This document shows positions 58,645-64,000 of a stretch of DNA of 64,000 bases, piece after piece. The first letter of the stretch is position 1. Every line of letters begins with the position of its first letter. Under the pieces are notes generated by a model that had not been told where the DNA came from, did not search any database, and worked only from the letters and a program-made list of their open reading frames with translations. Source of the stretch: Squalus acanthias (taxonomy: Eukaryota); contig CM059440.1 in NCBI GenBank assembly GCA_030390025.1, positions 53,878,001-53,942,000 of the forward strand. The letters run 5' to 3'. Position numbers and translations under genes: made by a program.

Positions 58645-59310
58645 GCCGCTGAGACATACAGACCAGGCAGGTGTCAAGTTCCATCCCAGGTCTGAGACTG
58701 TGCTGAGGAAACTGATCGCAACAAGAACAGCAGTAGTGGCCTCCCTTATGTCTGTAACCTCCTCCAGCCCTGCAACCCTCCGAGATATCTGCGCTCCTAC
58801 AATTCTGGCCTCTTGAGCATCCCCAATTATAATCGCTCCACCATTGGTGGCCGTGCTTTCAGCAGCCAAGGCCCTAAGCTCTGAAATTCCCTCCCTAAAC
58901 CTCTCCGCCTCTCTCCCTCTCTTTCCTCCTTTAAGGCGCTCCTTAAGAGCTACCATCTGCCCTAATATCTCCTTACGTGGCTCGGTGTCAAATTTTGTTT
59001 GATAACGCTCCTCTGAAGCGCCTTGGGACATTTTACTACGTTAAAGGAGCTATTTAAATGCAAGTTGTTGTTGTTCTTCTTCTTCTTGTAGTGCTGCGGC
59101 CGTTAGTCTTAACATCCCATGTTGGGGAGGGGGGAAAAAACGCCAGGGTTTCCCAATCTTGATCACTATCCAGTGATTTCAACTGGAAAGTCTTGCCTTG
59201 AGGTCAGGATTTAATTGCTGACTGATGAAAAATGAGCAGATGGACGAGGTGGCTTGTGCCCGTTGAACCATGCCCAGCATGAGTCAACAGCTTCAGTAGA
59301 GGAAGAGGTT
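58645..59310 (+). mobile_element. Old AmnSINE2-like SINE split by L2
   Basis: catacagaccaggcagg...ctgtgctgag before the insertion; gccagggtttcccaatcttgatcactatccagtga...cccagcatgagtcaac after it. Confidence 0.65.
58742..59075 (+). mobile_element. L2-clade LINE 3' end
   Basis: Matches 2815-3150; (GTT)n tail. Confidence 0.88.
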
Positions 59311-60109
59311 CAGTTGTGTAGAACCGAATAGAGTCACTTGAGGAAAAGCAACAGGAAGGCAAAGCAGTCGGTGAGTCAGCAATGGACTCTCTCAACGAAA
59401 AACATTAAACCCTAATGACAATGAACTATACTGTATGAGTTTGTAGCTACAGGGCTCACCTATGCATTCTTCATTTTCCAAGAATATGTGACTTGGATCA
59501 TGTATGAGTAATGTTGACGCTGCCTGATTGGCATCTTACTGAGAGGATATCGGGCATGTTTATACAGGCTGGATGTTTCACTAGCTTTCCTGGAACTTAT
59601 TGACTGTGCAAGCACTCATTCATAAACTTGACCAACAGTTATTTAGAATTAACAGCACAATTACACGACCGAGTTACACAAGCCTGACTCAACTGAGCAA
59701 TCAAGTCTGCTGGGATTTGTTAGTAAGTAAATAATTATAGGTCGCTTGAAGGACTTTTGTTCCAGTGTATTTCTGTTATAATGATTATCAATGCAATATT
59801 TTTTCTTTTGTTTGCTCTCTGTATATGGAAAGGTTAGTTCTCAAGGTGACTTCTTTGTCCTCTCATGCTTCCTTGTTCCATTTTCCCCTTTGTTTTTTTT
59901 CATGGTTTTAGTGCAGTTTCCGTTCCAGTTTACTGAATAGAAGCAATGAATAGTGGAATATACTCTGTGAACTCTTTTAGAACAATAACACCATCAGTTT
60001 TAGACCAACGTTTTGTAGATGGGTCTGGTGCAGTGTCACAGAAGCAGCAGATTTGCAACGGTCTTCTATTGTGGCATAAATTTAATATATCATAATATCT
60101 TGTACGAAA

Positions 60110-60365
60110 TGTCTGCTTGGGTCAGTTGGGAGCACTCTTGCCTCTGAATCAGAAGGTGTGGGTTTAAGCTCCACGCCAGGACCTGAACTTTTCATCTAGG
60201 CTGACATTTCAGTGCAATACCAAAGGAAACCTTGTATGGCTGGAGGCAATGGAGGTCCAATCTGCCTATTAAGATGGAAGCGAAAGATCCCATGCCACTA
60301 TTTGACGAAGAGGAGGGGAGTTCTATCAGTGTCCTGGTCAACATTTATTCTCCAACCAACACCAC
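60110..60365 (+). mobile_element. Old DeuSINE 5' part
   Basis: cagttgggagcactcttgcctctgaatcagaagg...aaagatcccatgccactatttgacgaagag. Confidence 0.7.
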
Positions 60366-60631
60366 CGAACAAGCTTTGGACACCCGGAGGGAGGCGCCTT
60401 TTAAAATGGCCACATTACCGTGTTTAGGGGGCGGTAAAGCTACCGACCCCATGTTGAAGCTTTTACTGCACCGTTAACACCAGGCAAAGGGAGTGAAAAC
60501 CGACCTCACTGCGTCATTGGGTGTGTGAATAACGACAGTGTTTAATGTCTGAAAGGGTACTGATCCTGAGAGTTTCTCTTTAACAGCAGCACCAATTGGC
60601 CAATTTTACCAATCTAAGAATGGCTGAACAA

Positions 60632-60715
60632 ATATCAGCCATGATCGCATTGAATGGCGGAGCAGGCTCGAGGGTTTGAATGGCCTACTCCTGTTCCTAT
60701 GTTCCCATGTTCCTA
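60632..60715 (+). mobile_element. CR1 3' UTR and tail only
   Basis: atcagccatgatcgcattgaatggcggagcagg...(TTCCTATG)n. Confidence 0.8.
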
Positions 60716-60833
60716 ACAGACTTGTGCTTCAGTTTTATCCCTCAGTGAACCAACCTGTCCTCAGTTTGACAAGACAGCAAACATAATCATCCATTATAGA
60801 TTAAGCTTAAGTGAATCAAAAAGATTTCATGCT

Positions 60834-62597
60834 TTGCACAGTTTAGTCTCTTACCTATATAGATCTCAAATACCAGGTCCATCGACCAAGAGGACCAATC
60901 AGAAATCTGGTGTTGCAAAGCCAAATACTCCAGAATCTTTAGAGGAGTACAGAAAGTGCAGGGGTGCAATTAAAAAGGATATTAGGAAAGCAAAGAGAGA
61001 GCATGAAAAATTCTTGGCAAGTAAAATCAAGGAAAACCCAAAGATGTTCTATAAATATATTAAGAGTAAGAGGATAACTAAAGAAAGGGTAGGGCCTATT
61101 AGAGATCATGAGGGTAATCTATGTGTGGAGGCGGGACATGTCGGTAGGGTTCTTAATGAATACTTTGCGTCTGTTTTCACAAAGGAGAGGGGCGAAGCAG
61201 ACATTGCTATCAGGGAGGAGGAGTGTGAAATATTAGATGAAATAAACATAGTGAGAGAGGAAGTATTAAGGGGTTTAGCAGCTTTAAAAGTGGATAAATC
61301 CCCAGGCCCAGATGAAATGTATCCCAGGCTGTTAAGCGAAGCAAAAGAGGAAATAGCAGAGGCCCTGACCATCATTTTCCAATCCTCTCTGGCTTCAGGT
61401 GTGGTGCCGGAGGACTGGAGGACTGCTAATGTGGTACCCTTGTTTAAAAAGGGAGAAAAGGATAGACCGAGTAATTACAAGCCAGTCAGCCTAACCTCGG
61501 TGGTGGGAAAATTATTGGAAAGAATTCTAAAGGACAGGATAAATCTTCATTTAGAAAGACACAGATTAATCAAGGATAGTCAGCACGGATTTGTTAAGGG
61601 AAAGTCGTGTCTGACAAACTTGACTGAATTTTTTGAGGAGGTAACAAGGAGGGTAAATGAGGGTAGTGCGTTTGATGTAGTTTATATGGACTTTAGCAAG
61701 GCTTTTGATAAGGTTCCACATGGCAGACTGGTCACGAAGTTAAAAGCCCATGGGATCCAGGGCAAAGTGTCAAGTTGGTTTCAAAACTGGCTCGGAGACA
61801 GGAAGCAGAGGGTAATGGTTGATGGGTGTTTTTGTGACTGGAAGGCTGTTTCCAGTGGGGTTCCGCAGGGCTCAGTACTAGGTCCCTTGCTTTTTGTGGT
61901 ATATATCAATGATCTGAACTTGAATATAGGGGGTATGATTAAGAAGTTTGCAGATGATACTAAAATCGGCTGTGTGGTTGATACTGAAGAAGGAAGCTGC
62001 AGACTGCAGGAAGATATCAATAAATTGGTCAGGTGGGCAGAACAGTGGCAAATGGAATTCAATCCGGAGAAGTGTGAGGTAATGCATTTGGGGAGGGCTA
62101 ACAAGGAAAGGGAATACACATTAAATGGTAGGACACTGAGTAGTGTAGAGGAACAAAGGGACCTTGGAGTGCATGTCCACAGATCCCTGAAGGTAGCAGG
62201 CCAGGTAGATAAGGTGGTTAAGAAGGCATACGGAATGCTTGCCTTTATTAGCCGTGGCATAGAATACAAGAGCAGGGGGGTTATGTTTGAACTGTATAAA
62301 ACACTAGTTAGGCCTCAGCTGGAGTACTGCATGCAGTTCTGGTCACCACATTACAGGAAAGGTGTGATTGCACTAGAGAGGGTACAGAGGAGATTTACAA
62401 GGATGTTGCCGGGAGTAAAGAATCTTAGCTATGAGGAAAGACTGGATAGGCTGGGTCTGTTTTCCTTGGAACAGAGGAGGCTGAGGGGAGACCTTATTGA
62501 GGTGTATAAAATTATGAGGGGCATTGATAAAGTGGATAGAAAGGACCTGTTTCCCTTAGCAGAGGGGTCAAAAACCAGGGTCACAGATTTAAAGTAA
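60834..62597 (+). pseudogene. CR1 ORF2 RT fragment (587-aa frame; first ~27 aa are probably flank; frameshift near 62580)
   Basis: KSPGPD, QHGF, YMDFSKAFDKV, GVPQGSVLGP, FADD; the C-terminus continues in another frame. Confidence 0.85.
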
Positions 62598-62870
62598 TTG
62601 GTGGAAGGTTTAGAGGGGATTTGAGGGGAAATGTCTTCACCCAGAGGGTTGTGGGGGTCTGGAACTCACTGCCTGAAAGGGTGGTAGAGGCAGGAACCCT
62701 AACCACATTTAAAAAGTACTTGGATGTGCACTTGGGATGCTCTAACCTGCAGGGCTACGGACCAAGAGCTGGGAAGTGGGATTAGGCTGGATAGCTCTTT
62801 GTTGGCCAGCGCGGACACGATGGGCCGAAATGGCCTCCTTCCGTGCTGTAACTTTCTATGATTCTATTCT
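60915..62870 (+). mobile_element. CR1 LINE, 5'-truncated
   Basis: Full RT motif set; 3' UTR and ttctatgattcta tail. Confidence 0.95.
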
Positions 62871-62911
62871 TCTATGAAATAAACACGACCTACAAAGTTA
62901 CAACCAGATGG

Positions 62912-63052
62912 AAAGCAAAATACTGCAGATGCTGGAAATCTGAAATAAAAACAGAAAATACCGGTAACACTCAGCTGGTCAGTCAGCAGCTGTTTCTCTC
63001 TCCACAGCTGCTGCCTGACCTGCTGAGTGTTTCCAGTATTTACTGTTTTCAT
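62912..63052. mobile_element. Penelope-derived palindromic element, centre deleted
   Basis: aaatactgcagatgctggaaatctgaaataaaaacagaaaa...cctgacctgctgagtgtttccag; same family as 28853-29058. Confidence 0.78.
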
Positions 63053-63087
63053 TACAACCAGATGGATCTCTGTGGGTCTCCCTTGTG

Positions 63088-63535
63088 TGTCGGCCAGTGG
63101 CTCAGTTGGTAGCACCCTCACCTCTGAGTCACAAAGATTGTGGGTTTAAGTCCCACTCCAGAGACTTGAGCACAAAAGTCTAGGCTGATACTCCAGTGCA
63201 GTACTGTGGGAGTGCTGCACTGTCGGATGTGTCATCTTTCGGATGAGATGTTAAAGCGAGGCCCCGTCTGCCCTCTCGGGTGGATATAAAAGATCCCACG
63301 GCACTGTTTTGAAGATGAGCAGGGGAGTTATCCCCGGTGTCCTGGCCAATATTTATCCCTCAATCAACATCACTAAACAGATTATCTGGTCATTATCACA
63401 TTGCTCTTTGTGGGAGCTTGCTACATTACAACAACAGTGACTATACTTCAAAAGTACCTCATTGGCTGTAAAGCATTTTGGGATGTCTGGTGGTCATGAA
63501 AGGTGCTATATAAATGTAAGTCTTTCTTTTCTTTC
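63088..63535 (+). mobile_element. DeuSINE (SacSINE1-like), full length
   Basis: Head, core and tail. Confidence 0.9.
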
Positions 63536-64000
63536 TCATTTTGTCCCCATTCTCCAGCCTATTGCATTTTATTGAAAACTTAATTCAGTTTAGAATTGCC
63601 AGAGAGATTTATTTCCCTTCCTTCCCTGTCCACTTTAGACAGCCCACGCTATCTCTGCTGACAGACGGAGAGGCTTATCTTGGCCAAAGGGTGAAAACAG
63701 GCACTAAATGGGTGCGGTGCTAATAAGACTGGCCTGTTTGAAAGTCTGGATTTAGCACACAATTTTGGTCCTAATTGCTGATTGCCATAATTTGAACTTG
63801 CCTGGAGGTGCGAAACAGAGACGTCTGCAGGTTTAGCACTCAAGTGCTGACTGGATGCAATTTTCGTGGAGCGGTGTACGTGGGCTCCTCGCACCCACTT
63901 CCACTGAAGGGGTGGAGCGGGCTGGCTGGCACGCAGTGGCACATTGCAGGATGGCTCAGGGACTGAGGGAGAGGGTGCACAGGTTCTCGGAGCGGCACTG

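Noticed and set aside
63605-63720. Acceptor at 63638 as a coding exon
   Set aside because: The donor is weak, the peptide is unrecognised, and the downstream sequence looks like a decayed GC-rich MITE.

Overview
Repeat-dense vertebrate genomic DNA. The repeat content points to a cartilaginous fish, probably a shark (inference from recalled family sequences). The window holds about 20 tRNA-headed DeuSINEs (SacSINE1/AmnSINE1-like), about 12 older AmnSINE2-like SINEs, and many 5'-truncated CR1 LINEs, two with long open ORF2 frames. It also has L2 3' ends, a second A-tailed CR1/L2-group LINE, an RTE 3' end, Penelope remnants with degenerate hammerhead cores, and DNA-transposon MITEs (PIF/Harbinger-like with 3-bp TSDs, hAT-like with 8-bp TSDs, Tigger-like with a TA TSD). 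No host protein-coding gene can be recognised, so this is probably a large intron or gene desert; a few + strand splice-signal clusters and enhancer-like unique segments remain unproven. The most notable structures are: an inverted duplication of a SINE plus 123 bp of unique flank (6145-8402); a 33-bp minisatellite grown out of a SINE (57697-58342); a CR1 with a doubled 3' UTR; Harbinger derivatives carrying TGACAG palindromes, splice donors and a possible Myb-ORF start; and a palindromic Penelope element with a hammerhead core. There is an assembly gap at 55810-55982. I found no clearly novel coding system. Repeat boundaries are approximate unless a TSD is quoted, and family names are from memory, not database searches.
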